Source of the DNA: Monocercomonoides exilis PA203
Taxonomy: Eukaryota > Protista > Preaxostyla
DNA length: 64,000 nucleotides
Reading direction: 5' to 3'
NCBI GenBank assembly: GCA_001643675.2
Contig: LSRY02000012.1
Location: 620,001 to 684,000 of the forward strand
Part shown: in pieces, positions 48,598 through 62,700 of the stretch
Position numbering within the stretch: position 1 is the first letter of the stretch
Layout of the letters: each line of letters starts with the position of its first letter
Made by a program: the position numbers and the translations under genes
The notes under the pieces: generated by a model
The model's input: the letters and a program-made list of their open reading frames with translations, nothing else
The model's database searches: none
Told to the model about the DNA's origin: nothing

Positions 48598-49708
48598 CTT
48601 CATTTATTCTCTTGAAAGCGCAAATTCACTTCTGTTGTATATGCTTGTGATATCTATCATGCCTGCAAACATAAGAGAAATTTTGATAAGAATGTTTTAT
48701 TTAATGCCAAATAAAAGCCTTTTTTTCCCTGTGATATTTATATGTATTTTCTTGCTTTAATTTACGATTTTTCTTTGATGATAGTTAAGATGGCGAAAAA
48801 AAAATATCTGTTATTTGTGTATTTTGCAGTTGCTAAACCAAATGTATTGAAGGAATGCTGATTTTATTTACAAACAGATTTTGATGATTTTAATTTGGTG
48901 TACAGTTAAGTTTTTTATTCTTTGTTCTGAATTTTTTGTTTGTTTTTTCTTGATATTTTTCTTTCTTTCTTTCTTTTTTCTTATTCTTTTTTTTTTTTCT
49001 TTCATATTTTAAATAACATTTTTTTCTGTTTCTTTTCTCATTTCGGCATAATGTCTGCAATGGAGGTCTAATTATGTATGATTCCACAAGAGTGCGTTGA
49101 CTTTTTTCTGATGGTTTTATAAAGAAAACTTGATATTCCATTTATTTTACTTTGTGAAATTTCAATCAAAAAGAGGCAAAAATTTAAAAGATCCGATTGC
49201 ATTTCCATATGGGACATGATTTTAATCTTTCTGAACTTTGTTTCATCCAACATTTTTGACTTTCTTTTTGTTATACAAAAAATTTTCTATTTCTTTTTTA
49301 TTATTATGATAGATTTATTATGACTTGATTGTGGAACTAATTAAAACATATTGTTATTTTTTTCATGATTGCTAGAATTTTACCCCATATACATATAATT
49401 TCCCAATTTTTTCAATTAGAAAAAAAAAATAACAATAAAGCAAAAAAAAAAAAAAAAAAAAAAATATTTCTTTTTGAAAAATGGATTTTGATAAAAAATT
49501 TATTTTGTTCAAGTTTGTCATTTCACAAAGGAACTTTTTATTGGGGAATCGCATATATTTTATAAATTAATTAATCCGATAGTTGCTGACAGAAAAGAAA
49601 GCCTTTCAACGAAACCATATTTAAAGCAAAAAATTATTATTAAAAAAATATTTTTTATTATACGTCTAACCATAGTTTATAAAAATTTTTAACTCCATCA
49701 AATAAACA

Positions 49709-51069
49709 ATGCAGCTTTTGCTTTTGTTTATTTCTAGTGTGGCTGCTCAACAATTTTATATGAGCACTCCTCCACCTGATGAAACACTTGATTTTATTGA
49801 GAAACTTACTGCAAACCCAAATCATGATCCACTTGTAATTGTTCCTGGAGTTACAAGTTCAAGACTCGAGTACAAAAAGCAAAATGATAAATCTTTTTCA
49901 AATTTATGGATGGTTATTAGAAGAACTATCCCTGGTTGGCTTGGAACATATATTGATGAAGTGAGTCCTCGCTATTATCCTGAGAATGATACCTATGCTT
50001 CAAAGCCTGGATTAACTGTCCAACCTGTAGAATTCGGAAAAATGACTGTGTGTTGTTTATATGTTTTAAATAAGTGATGTTCGAACCTTTTATTTAGGCG
50101 GTGTTATGCATTGATCCTCAAGTATGCTCAAAGACTGCTGTATTTGCAACAGCTTTTGAAGCACTTAAAAAAGTCGGATACAAAGAAGGAGTTGATTTAT
50201 TTGCTGCTCCAGTTTGATTTTATTTGATTATTGCTTTTTATTTTTTTGAAAAAATTGATATTTTGAAAATTATTTAGTATGATTTTCGAATTGCCGGTGT
50301 AAATCAGGTTCTTACAAACGGAATGTTTTCACGATTGAAGGGACTTATTGAAAAGGCTTCATCTCTTAACGGAGGGAAGAAAGTCCACATTTTGGGACAC
50401 AGTGCGGGTGCACCATTTTTAAGACATTTCTTAGTCAATTATGTAAACCAGGAATGGAAAGATCGTTATGTTCAATCATTTATCGCAGTCGGCGGTCCAT
50501 TTGCTGGTTCGGCCTTGGCATTTAGGATGCTTGCCACTTATTCTAAATGGGTTTTGCCAACAGTTGGAGCAAAGGATACATACAACTTGGCAAGATTCTT
50601 TGCCCAGTTACATTGGTTGTTGCCACAGCCTGCAGCTAATCCACCTGATGAGACACTTGGATTTGTAACGACAACAGGAATGAGATTTACTGTTCGAAAT
50701 CAGACAGAGGTGTGGAGATTGACAAATAGAGATTCGATGTATCAAGCGATCACCCGCACATTGCAGCGCAACAATGAATTCAAAGCCCCAAGAGTTCCGA
50801 TGCATGTGTTGTACTCACTTGGTCACGAAACTGCTGCTTCATTCAGATACGAGTCTACAAAGCAGCCGTGGTGGCAGCAGGAGCCGACAAAGACCATCTA
50901 CAAGGATGGTGATGGAACAGTGACAGCAGATTCTCTTCTGTCTCCAAAGCGCTGGGTGTCGGAACAAAGTCAGCCAATCGACTTCAAACAAATACAGAAT
51001 GCTGATCACGTGACCATTTTAGCGACCCAGGAGTTCTTAAGTGCACTTCTTGGCATCATTACTCACTAA
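49709..51069 (+). CDS. LCAT/lysosomal phospholipase A2 (PLA2G15) family acyltransferase (3 exons)
   Basis: Signal peptide; PLVIVPGVTSSRLE; LFAAP|YDFR; GHSAG nucleophile; DGDGTV; ADHVTIL. Confidence 0.92.
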
Positions 51070-51851
51070 ATATACAAATTCAATGAATTTGGAGTGTATT
51101 ACTTGAAGTTTATTTGAGGATGAATTGTGTCTCATATGTTTTATAGGCGAGTGTTTAAATTTTTTAATTATGTACTCATGTTTTTTTCTTTCTTGCCTGC
51201 TTATTTTGAAATTATCGTTCATTGGACACGTGTTGTATGATTGAACTGAAAGTATCAATTTATCATAATAATTGTATGGATTTATTTTGCTGTTTGCACA
51301 GATTTCAAAGTTTTGACCAATATTTTTAATTTTTATAAACTTTTCTGCAATTTGATAGTTTTCCTTTTTCCTTATGTTTTTTAAAGATTTCTTTTGTTTG
51401 AATTTTATTTATTGATGCACTTCGCTGTTATTGGAGGTCTCTTTGTGCATTCATATTATCTATTGAACAGCGAAAAAAAAAAATAAGAAAAAATCTTATT
51501 TTCGAGGAATAAATGTATACATGTTATTTTTTCTAAAACGAAAATAATATATATATAAAATTCATATGCATATCGTACAAGATCTAACAACTATCAAAAT
51601 GCTATGCCAAACAAAATATTATCCGATAATAATAATAATAATAATAATTGTAATTATAAAAAATAAAACAACACAAAGAAATACAGAATACCGAAACCTA
51701 ACATAATATTTTGCTTGTAATTAAGACTAATACATTCTTTTTCTAAAAATTAAATAACGACAAGAACCACACAAGCACCTACGCTTTCATGCCAATGCGG
51801 GGGCTAATTTCATCGCTCAAAAACCCATTTCATCCAAAAAAAATAGCATGC

Positions 51852-53999
51852 CTATGCAGCTACCATCATCTCTTTCAGATCATTCTCAGGCGAATCTGAT
51901 GTCAAAGTTAAACCTGTCTTCTCATTCAGCAGCTTAATCGACTCTTCTGTCAAAAACGCAGGCGGTCTCGGACCAATCTTGATGTTCCGCACGCCCACTG
52001 CCAACAACGCAAGCAAGTCAGCCACAGCCTTCTGCTCAAACCAGCTCAGACACACAGAAAGTGGGAGGCTGACCACATCCACCCCGAACTCCTTAGCAAG
52101 CGCCGCAGCAATCGCAACAGCCGAATAAGAATCGTTGCACTGCCCACAGTCCATCAGGCGGGGTATCTTGGTGCCCGGCACAAAGTGCTGGTCCAAGCCA
52201 AGATGATTGAACCGGAATCTGCCACACGCCAACGTGAAAACAGCACAGTCTGAAGGTATTCGACGCACAAGCTCAGTGAAATAACTGCGGTTCACCTCGT
52301 ACCCGTCGCATCCTCCGACAACAAATATCCTTCTCAGTTTCTTCTCTTTGATTGCATTCACAATTTCAGGCAGCATCCCCACAACGCTCTCGTGTGCAAA
52401 CCCTACAGTCACCTCATGAAGCTCTGTGTGGTTTGGAACAGAAGGTATCTCGTGCGACAGGTCAGAAATATCAGCCTCAGAATGAGCCGGGGCTACTGTT
52501 TGATTGACAGTGTCTGGAAAGCCTGGAAGTGAAAGCGCTTGTTCGATGATCTTTCTGAAATTTGTGTGGGGCAGCGACGAAAATGTAGTCAAAGGAGCAG
52601 CGGAAGAAGATGCAATTGAAGGAGAAGAACGCGCTTTTGCAGCAACATCTTCCACAGTCTCTGACTTGTCGGCTTTTCCTTCCGCTATTCTTTGCATTTC
52701 CTTTTGGTGCTCAATCTCCTTTTCCACTTTTCTCTCCTCACACACCCTCTTTTCTGCTTCGTGGCCCATCGCTGACGGAGCGCTTTTTTCTCTGTCCGGA
52801 ACAATCTTCTCCACACCAGGGAATCCAACAGGCCCCGTCGCCCAGATTCTGTGGCGATAGGCGTCAGTGGGCGGGACAATGCAGTTTGTCGTCATCAGAA
52901 TCGGCCCTGGGAAGTCTGCAAACTCTTTCTTTTGGTTCTGCCAGGCGCTTCCATAGTGCCCAACAAGATGCTTGTATTTGTTCAGCTCAGGATACCCATG
53001 ACACGGCATCATTTCTCCGTGTGTGTAAACATTTATTCCTTTCCCTTCTGTTTGCTCCAGCAATTCTTTCAAGTTCAAAAGATCATGCCCTGAAACAAGA
53101 ATGCATTTTCCTGGTTGCGGACCCCATTTGATTTTTGTTGGCACAGGAGCTCCAAATGTCTTGGTGTGTGCATGATCAAGCACTTCCATTGTTCTATGAG
53201 ACAGCATTCCAACATGAATTGCTTCTTTCAGCAATTCATCAACATCTGTTGGATCATTTGCAATAAAAGCCAATACTGAAGGCAATTCATTCAGAACTTC
53301 TGTCGGTGGATTTCCCAAACGAATTGCATGGTAGGCATAAGCAGATAGACCTTTTAGACCATAAACAATCATCTCTTGCAATCCAACAACAGTTGTTCCA
53401 TATTTCAAACGACGAGCATCAATTCGGCACTTTTTTTCTGGCCACGAAGGAGTCCAAAAAGCGTGTTCTTAAGAAGAAAAAAGAAACAAAAGAAATGAAC
53501 AATGAAGGATGAATAAATCGAATCTTACCATTTTCTATAACAACATGAGAAGCATCCGTTCCAGCTTTTCTGGCAATGAGATTTTTGCATTCCTGAAGAA
53601 GAGTCTCAATGCCTATGATGCATTGATCATGCTGCCCAGGATCAAAGTTAGTATTTGTCAATGTGAGGAAAAGTGAGAAAGCAATATGCTCTGGAATACC
53701 AATTGGGGGATTAAGTCCAAGTTCAGTTGCTCTCATATAGAATAGTGATAGGCATTTGATTCCTTCAATTATGCAATCCTGCTTCTTTGCAATCAAAGGA
53801 TTCTATAACATTAATTTTCATAGAAAACATTAAAGATTCTCATCTCAAAAATTTACAGTCAACTAATGCACGCCTTTGAACAAACACCTACTCTGACGCA
53901 ACCCGTTGGCCTAATGGTTTGCTCGCATTGATAACAAAACATTGGCATATCTTCAAGATCGCAAGCATCTTGATGCTTTTCGTGTAAATCGTACTGCAT
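51852..53999 (-). CDS. hcp: Hybrid cluster protein (hydroxylamine reductase/prismane), 3 exons
   Basis: MFCYQCEQT...GC..GVCSK; YGLKGLSAYAYHA; SGHDL; THGEM; TTNC; GGCDG; ACGRFRFN; GQCNDSYS; SWFEQKA. Confidence 0.96.
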
Positions 54000-54174
54000 T
54001 TTAAACGCACTAAAATGAAAATACAAAACAATCAATTTTTTGCTCTGAAATTTAGCAAAAATAGTTCGTACAAACCTTCCAAATTGATAGATTCCCTTTA
54101 TATTTGTTGGTCAATTGAAAAGAACAACAAACTGATCTGATTTTTGACCATATTATTTTTTTGATTAATTCATA

Positions 54175-55228
54175 ATGGCCAGAAATGCGGAAGCAACTGG
54201 AGAAAAGCGACTGCAGCCCCATTGGCTTTTGACAAATAAAGAAAGTCAAAATATAGAGCAATTTTTGTTGTTATTTTTTCAATCGCAAATGACCACTTCT
54301 CCAAAACCAAGAAAAGCTTCTTCTATTCAACAACTTTTTGACTTGGCTGAAATAGCAAAAGGAAGCGATTTCAATCGTTTTATAAAACGGTTTGTATATA
54401 CGGAAATCGATAACTATTTTTTGCAATGCTATTTCGAAAATTTAGATTGGTATTGACATTTTGCTGCTCATATAATGCGTATTTCGTTGCAGCATATTAT
54501 GTATTTAAAGTAATTGCAAAAGAAAGAATAAGGCTGACAGAAGATTCCCGACATAGATTGTATTTAGCCAGGTTTGTAACATTTTTATATTTTTACGTTT
54601 TTTGATGATTGTTTTCAGTCTTATTCTTGCAATAAAGTATATTGATGACATGTATTATTCCAATGAATATTATGCAACACAAAGTGGAGTTGATACAAAA
54701 GATCTTTATGATCTTGAAGCAGCTTTTTTCGCAGAAATTGATTACTCTTTGTTTTTTGATCCTCAACAGCTGAATTCATTTTTGTATCGTATAATGCCGT
54801 GTGAAAGGCATTCTTCATATCGTTTTGATCAAGCTATATTCGAAGTCGATCAAAGAGATGGACCATCACTTGGATTATCATTAAGAAGAAAAAACAAACA
54901 CATCAACGAACAGTTAAAGCAATCAAACATTTCAGATTTATCGAAGGCGGAACATAAAGATCAACAAAATTGTTCACTTTCAACTTCGGATTCAAAAACA
55001 GAAAGTTCCACAATTTCTCTTGAAGGCAAACACACATTTTGCTCCAAAGAGAAAAATGCAGTTTTATCTTCTTCATCCTCTTTACCATCTCAGCCATCTC
55101 ATCTTTCTGTTAGTGAAACGGATAGTCCTTCTTCACACACAGACGATAACCATTCTCAGAAAACATTCATTCCATCCACTTCAGATCTTTCTTCATCGTC
55201 TTCGTCATCTCAAGTTGAACAAACATAA
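54175..55228 (+). CDS. P/U-type (Pho80-like) cyclin, multi-exon
   Basis: HRLYLA|SLILAIKYIDDMYYSNEYYATQSGV...LYDLEAAFFAEIDYSL. Confidence 0.85.
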
Positions 55229-55769
55229 CGTCTCTGATATCATAATAAGGCACTAATAACTTTATGAAAATTAGACTCATATCATTTCACACAGTTCACA
55301 ATCTTTATTAAAAGCATTTTTGTTATAATAGTCTCCCTTTTGTTGTTGCAATTGACTTGATGAAGATTGCAGAATTTTTATCAAACAATTTAACATTTAA
55401 CTTTGATCTTTCTCAGAAGAAAGTGATTTTGAGTTTTTATCTTGAAAATATATCAGATCCTTCATTAATTTTTTTCCACTTGCACAATTGTACTTATACT
55501 TGCAGCACTTTTTTGTTGTTTGATTATTTACAAAAAATTTCTGAAAAATTCTGTTTTTTTTCACCTTTTATATGAATAATCTCACATACCCCTCTTCTGA
55601 CTTCCCCCATCTTTTATTTTGAATCAAGACACTAAAATACAACTGCAAATACTAGAAGAAATTGTTAGTTTCAGAATTTATTTTTTAAGACTCTGAAAAA
55701 AACATTAGTGAAGTTGAGCGTTGAGATTCAAAATTAGAGAAGAAAAAATGTGAACAAAGTTCAAAGTAT

Positions 55770-56303
55770 TTAGTTCTTCTTTGCAGGTGCTTTTGTCTGG
55801 AATTTAATCAAAGCAACATCGACATCAACACCTGGCTCGATGTTAACATTGATAATTTGCTTCACAGTATCAACATCAGTATATAATTCAATAACACGCT
55901 TGTGAATTCTCATCTCAAAACGATCCCATGTCTTTGAACCTATTCACGTCAGAAATTCAAATTATTGTAAACACAAAGATTAATGCCTCTATGTTATTAG
56001 CATCAGTTAAAACAAACCTTCTCCGCATGGGGTCTTTCTTGTGGTGATGCGAAGGACTTTAGTTGGCATTCTCACTGGTCCCTTAACCTTTGGCTTTGCT
56101 GGGTTGTGTTTTGCTCTTTCCAACAAATCAGATGAAACTTTAAATAAAGGAAATAAAAAAATATTTAAAAAGAGTAAAGAACAATCAATACCTTTTTCAA
56201 GATCCTTGTGGTTGCGTCCAGTGAGAGTAACTCTAATTTTATTAACGCTCTGTGCTGGTTTTTTAACAGACTTCTCGACGCTCTTTGTTGGTTTAGAATC
56301 CAT
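55770..56303 (-). CDS. RPS20: 40S ribosomal protein S20 (uS10), 3 exons
   Basis: [10 protein letters not shown]; [23 protein letters not shown]|[17 protein letters not shown]; IEPGVDVDV. Confidence 0.97.
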
Positions 56304-56652
56304 TTTCAGAGGAGAGGTATTTTTTACTCAACTGCGGATTATTTTCAGTCAGTTATCATGGGTGACATGATCATTTCAGATCTGAACAGAGTTTTTGAAG
56401 TATTATAATATCATCTTTCATCTTCAGATTTTTCAAAAATTATAATCCGCATTAAAAAAAAACCAATTTTTTTGTGATCTTTATTAATGAAAAAGAACAA
56501 TTAGAAAATTTATGATAAATATTGAAAAAAAAAATTAGAACTTACGTCACATAAGCTCAAATATTTGGAGGCCAAGAAAGACTTTAAAATAGAAGGAATT
56601 ACATAGTTACAAAATAAAACCAAAACATTTTCAATGAACATAAACTGAAAAA

Positions 56653-59536
56653 TTAATATTCCCAATATCTGATAGTCTCATGAATGATATTTTTGAGATT
56701 GCTCTCTTTTTTAACACAATATGATACAAAGCGCAGAGAATCGTTCCTGTTTTTCATTGAAATCTAACATAACATAATAAAACAATTACAAATATCAATT
56801 TATCAAATTAATTCATAAATATGTTAATGAAAGGCTATTCAAATTATCTTCAAAGACAACAAATTCTGCAAAATTTTCAATAAAAGCAATTTTCTTAAAA
56901 AGACAAAACAAAAACAAAAATAAAAAATAATATCACAGAAATATCACACCGCAAATTGAACCGATGTTGGCAAGTCCAACATATACACAAGCTGCTGCTT
57001 TCCGTTCACAAACATACAGAATGAGCGCTTGTGGGAAAAAATCGCGATTTCAAAGACCATCACATCGTTTCTCTTTCTTCTTTCGTTAAAGTTATTATCG
57101 CGCCCACGATGAGAAAACTCAGCGCTTTGAGAATGGAAATGGATGCATTTCACAATCAAAAAAAAAAAAAAGGAAAAATAAATATATTTTTGAGAAAAAA
57201 ATAATGAAAAAAAAAAAAAAAAGAAGCAAAAAGATTTCATAAAAGAAAGAAACGCGAAGCAATAACATCAAACAAATACATCGAGTAAACATATTAATCT
57301 CTCAAACAAACAAACAAACAAACAAAAAAAAAAAACCTGAAGATGTCATATCCACAACTTGGATGACCCGTCTTCCCCAAAAAGAAATGACTGTCAATGC
57401 AGGAAAGCGACGCGTCTGTTGGTTCAATAAGCCCAATAACTAAAAAATTATTCAAAATTTCATTACACAAAAACAGGAAAAAAAATTATTTTTTTAATGA
57501 AAAAAGATTAAGAATGAGCAAACTGAACTCCCCACTTAATTGCTCCAACTCAAACGTGCTGATAACAGAAAAGATTCACAAAGAAAAAAAAAAAAAAAAA
57601 GAAGAAGAAGAAGAAAAAGAAGAAGAAAAAGAAGAAGAAATAATAAAAGAAGATATTAATAAATCGAAAGAACACAAGCCAACAAGTGAATAAAATAAAT
57701 AAATAAAAAATAAATAAATAAATAAATAAATAAGTTCATATATTAATCGAATAAACAGTCAAATAAAGATAATCCAATCAATCAATCAATCAATCATTCA
57801 TTCATTCATTCACTCATTCATTCCTCAACACCACAAACAATTCATGAACTCCAGTCGGCAGCGGAGAGCCAATCAAAACAGTTCCCCAGTCGCCCGTGCG
57901 CCCACAGTGATAAATGCTGTTTCCTCGACACGAAATTAAATTCGGACTGATAAAAGACACTGGAAGCGTTGAAAGATCGGATGTATCAGCTTATTTGAAA
58001 AAAAAAAAAGAAGGTAAAATTTTTCGTGAAGGGAAATTGTGAATGTGTGTGTGTATGTGTGTATGTATGAATGTGTTAAATAAGGAAAGAATAAAGAATG
58101 AAGTTGTTCGTACCAAATACATAAAATATACAAATGATGATAAAAAGAAAAAGAAGAGAAGTGAAGAAAGATTATTTTTTTTAAAAAATTTGCAAACCCA
58201 TCACCTTCTTTCCTTTTCCTTCATCGTCCTTGTCACTTCCTATTTCTTTCTTCTTTTCTCCCTCTTTCTCTTCTTTCTCTTCTTTCTCATCTTCTCTCAC
58301 TGACTTCTTTGATTCCACCTGAAGCGAATGCAGCGTTACATCACCTGGAGCATCTCTATCTCCCGCAGTCTTCTGAAGCAATGCGAAAAATGCGTCTGAC
58401 TGTTCCAGATGAAACGAGCACTCGTCCAGCTGAAGGATTTCAGCTGCTGTCGGCCTCTCTTCTTCGTCTGGGCTGACACACCGCTCAATCAGCGACTCAA
58501 AGGAAGCAGAGAACTTTCCATGTGGAAAGGGAATGCTGCGCTTTGCTGATGCTGTTGGAGAAGAAATGGGGGAAGAAGAGAAAGAGGAAGAGGAAGAGGA
58601 AGAAGAAGCAGAAGAAGCAGAGGAGGAAGAAGAGAAAGAAAATGGGGAGGAAAAAATAAGGAAAGAGGAGGAAGAAGAAGCAGATGGAGACAAACCAAAA
58701 GAAGGCTGCGAAGATGACTCAGGACTACACGGTGTACAGGAAGAAATGGGTTCCTCAATCAGACTCTTTATTATATTTCCAAGCGCAAACGTATCACATC
58801 GAGGACTAAACGATTGCTTATTTGCAGAAGAGATGGCATGCTCCAACAAAAGATAAGCAATATTCCCTTTGAAAAAAATATAAAATTGAAACAAGAAATT
58901 AATCACAACAAAAAGTCTAGTGAACGTTTATATTTTGTCTTCATACGAATTTTAAAGTGTGTTCGTCCAAAAACAGATATCGAGTCCATTTGCAGATGTG
59001 GAAGAAATAAACCATTTTGATGAAGCGCATTCAAGCCACTCGAAATTTCAGAAACTAAACTCCAAAGAAACTTTATACCTTTGAAAATGCCAGTTGAATA
59101 ATAACACATACAAATTCTGTCAAATTTCGTGAAACTTTATCTTGGTCAAGATAGAGTTTGAGTGGCTTGTTCTCATAAATCCACAACACAACATAATAAT
59201 TTTCTTTATCCTCAAAGCATTCATATAATGACTCCAAGTATGGTGTTGAAATGTTTTTCCAAATATTCATATGCTGATGCCAAATCTCAATTACTTTTGG
59301 ATCTTTTAAAGCGCCAGCTTTTGGAAAAGTTTGCATAAAAAATCGGCTTTTTGAATTAACATTTTCAACCAGTGCATTTGTACATAAAGAGAGATGTTCT
59401 AATTCCTTTATAACACCATCTATTAGATGAAAATGAAAATTGAAATAAAAATTAAAAGACGATTCAACATTTGAATCTCAACTTAAAAGAACAAAATGTG
59501 TATACAAATGACTTTTTCATCCTTTTTTATAAACAT
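56653..59536 (-). CDS. Degenerate kinase-fold domain fused to a C-terminal SPRY/B30.2-like domain (multi-exon)
   Basis: LYECFEDKENYYVVL, ISSGLNALHQNG, CDTFALG, LIERCVSPDEEERPTAAEIL; then WGTVLIGSPL, VIGLI, RSFCMFVNGKQQ..LPTSVQFA|ISMKN...WEY*; start approximate. Confidence 0.7.
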
Positions 59537-59707
59537 ATCGGATGCCAAAGAAAAATATAAGCAGGAAAATCTATTGCGTTTCCTGAAAACACATAAAACA
59601 AACAAAAAATGTTGGAAAAAACGATCAATTAAAAAAACTCCATGAAACGAAAAAATTTGACAAAAAACTATATTTTACTTAAAAGCAACGTAAAGAAAAA
59701 TGTAAAT

Positions 59708-62700
59708 TTACTCGAGATAATATGAATTATCTGCAATGAGTGAAGACATTTCAACAAAGTCATTAAGCGAAGGCACAGGAGGAGACTGTTGAAACGTGGC
59801 TGCATTTGGCAAAAATGTTGAAGGTGATGATTTTTGTGGAGAACTCTTATTTAAGGTTCTCTGCACAAAGCCACCTTGGCTCGTTGGTGTTGGAAGAAAC
59901 GTTGAAGAAGAAAACGTTGTAGAAGGAGGTGATTGCTTGGAAGACAAAGAGAATGAATCAAATGGATTGGAAGAAGATTCCTTTGGAGGAGAAGGCAAAA
60001 GTGTGCTGTATGAATGCAAAGGGCTGACATTGATGGCAGTCTGATAAGACGGCGACTGCTGGGAAAGCACAGATTCTTGTCTGGAATTTTGATATTTTGA
60101 ATATTGACTGGATTTTTTCATGGGAGCTTCGAAATGATCAGATGAATAAGAAGGCTCCAGAGAAATGTTTGCAGAAGGCATTTCATTCACAACAGGCGGA
60201 GCATTTGCCACTGGTAAAAAGGAAGAGGCAGAGGGAATCTGAGAACCATAGAAAGAGGAGGTTGAAGAAGAAGATGAAGAAGAAGTAGAAGAGGAGGAGG
60301 AGGGGAAAGTTGAGGAAGATGAAGAAGATGAGGAAGATGAAGAAGAAGGCTTAAAGTCTGGATCAATTTCCATCGAAGCGCCAGTTGCGAGAAAAGGAGA
60401 GTGCAGCGTATTCGGCACAACACTCGAGGAAGACAGCAGCATCGCCCCTCTTCCCTCTTTCCTCACGTCCCCCACAAACATCCCCTTTCTGCTGTCATTC
60501 TCGCTCTCTTCTCCCAACCCTTCTTCTCCTTCCCCTTCCCCTTCTCCTTCATTCATCTCATTCGAATCTGTCGCATTCTCCATCCCGTTCTCCATCGCGT
60601 TGCTCTCGTCACTCGCTCCTTCTGAGCTGTCGCTGTTGTTTCGGCAGCTGTCAGAAGCGCTGCGGTTCTGCAGCGCATCCACACGCTGGCCGAAGCAGCC
60701 GTCTCTGCTTTCAGACCCCGTCAGTTCAGTTTGATCAGAAGAGGCTGAAGAGATGGAAGTAACAGAAGAGATAGTTGAGTCAGAAGTATCAGAATTATCA
60801 GAACTATCAGAAGAACCAGATGAATCAGTCATATCTGACGAGTCCAGCTCTTCTTCGCCTTCGCACTCGTCGCTGTGGATGGTGACGACACTGTTGCCAA
60901 AGGGAATGCTGCTTGGTGTGCGCGAATGGCGTGAAGAATGAGTGTTCAATGCTTCCGTTGCATAATCTGGCTGAAGGAAAGATGGAGTCATGTTGAGAGG
61001 CTGTTGGGGCTGATATTGTTGATATTGTTGATATTGCTGCTCTTGTTGTTGTGGTTGTAATATCAATTGCTGTGTAATATCTGAATTCTTTCTGTTTGTT
61101 GTTACTGCTTCTGTTGATGCTGTTGATGCAGGCGGTCCAAACGACGTCTGCATCGCAAACGGCCTCATAATCATCCGCTCTTCCATCCTACTCCGCGAAT
61201 CGCTCAGTTTCCCTTTCGTTCTGCAGCTCCTCGAAATCCGGTCACTGCTTTTGTACTCATCATCACTATCGTCTTCTTCTCCATCCATCTTTTTTCCTTC
61301 TTTCTCTCTCACCCATCTCCCTCTCCCTTTCCCACCATACCCTTCTCTGTTTGGAGAAAAATGGAATTTTTTATTGCCCACCCGCCCAAACAGCTCGTCA
61401 AACATGTGTTGTGTGTCTTCGCTGACTTCTGTTTCGCCTGTGTCTGCCTTTGAAGAAGACTCTTCACTCCAATTGATGTAACTTTGTTGGTCATTTTGAT
61501 TGGACTGTTTGTTGAATGGAAGTTGAGATGACGAGAAGGAAGAAGAAGAAGAAGAAGAAGAAGAAGAAGATGAAGATGATGATGATGAAGGAGAGGAAGA
61601 GAACGAAGAAGAAATCCTATCCTGTGATAGATTCGCTTGAACCCTTCCAACTTCCACTTTTCCATTTTGAATACGTTTGCCACCTGAATATGAATTCCCC
61701 GCAAACAGAAACGAAGCTGGCGTAGAAGGAGCAGACATGGCTAGGCTGTAAGCACTGGAGAACGGCTTTACTGGACAAATCAGCTGTTTTGTTACTTTTT
61801 CAGGGGAGGAAAGGAGGCGAGAGTTGAAAGAAGAGGAGGGGAAAGAGGACAACGGATGGGACGAGCTTATACCCGATCCAATGTTTGCAGTGATGCAAGA
61901 AGGCTCAATTGCACAAGGTGAATCAGGAGGCCAGTTAACAGCCATCTGAGGAGATGAGACAGAACTCAAAGAAGAAGAGCCTAATGAGGAAGAAGAAGAA
62001 GACAAGCCAGAAGAAGAATAGGAAGAAGGAGAAGGCGCATTTTTGTTCTGACAAGACAAACAACGTGAACGGACAGAGGAAGGCGAGGAAAAATCGTCAG
62101 AGCCAGCTAAGTTGTGTGGGGCAGAGGTTGAAAGGCTCAGCTGTTGCTGCTGCTGTTGTGATTGTGATTGCGATTGCAATTGTGGTTGATATTGAGGATG
62201 CAGCTGATATTGTTGAGGAGGGTATTGCTGCTGCTGCTGCGGTTGAATGAAGACAGAAGGTGCAGAGGAAGACATGAATGAAGGAGGAGTTTGGGGGGAT
62301 ATGCCGAAATGAGGAGAGGAATAAAGAGAAGACGAGAAAGAAGAAGAAGAAGAACTGGAAGAAGAACTGGAAGAAGAACCAGAGGAGGAAGAAGAAGACG
62401 GAAAAACAGACGATGAAAAGGAGGAACCAGAAGATTCCGATGTGATTGCAGTAGTAGCATCAGCATCAGCATTCGAAGCATCATAAGCCTTCATTGTATT
62501 TGTATTTGTATTTCTATTTGATATTGCAGCTGCTGTTTTACTTGTAGTGTTATGATCATCGTCACTTGCCTGACAGAGAGAAATGCTGTGCCCACACTCC
62601 ATCGAATGGCCTGTGTCCTCAGAAACAATTCGTGTTGGCGCAGAATTCGACGAAGAATCGCTGGAAAGAGCTAAATGTGAATGATTTGTGGGCGCAATGA

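Noticed and set aside
51852-53408. Bacterial contamination or prokaryotic operon around hcp
   Set aside because: The gene has spliceosomal introns and is flanked by eukaryotic cyclin and LCAT genes
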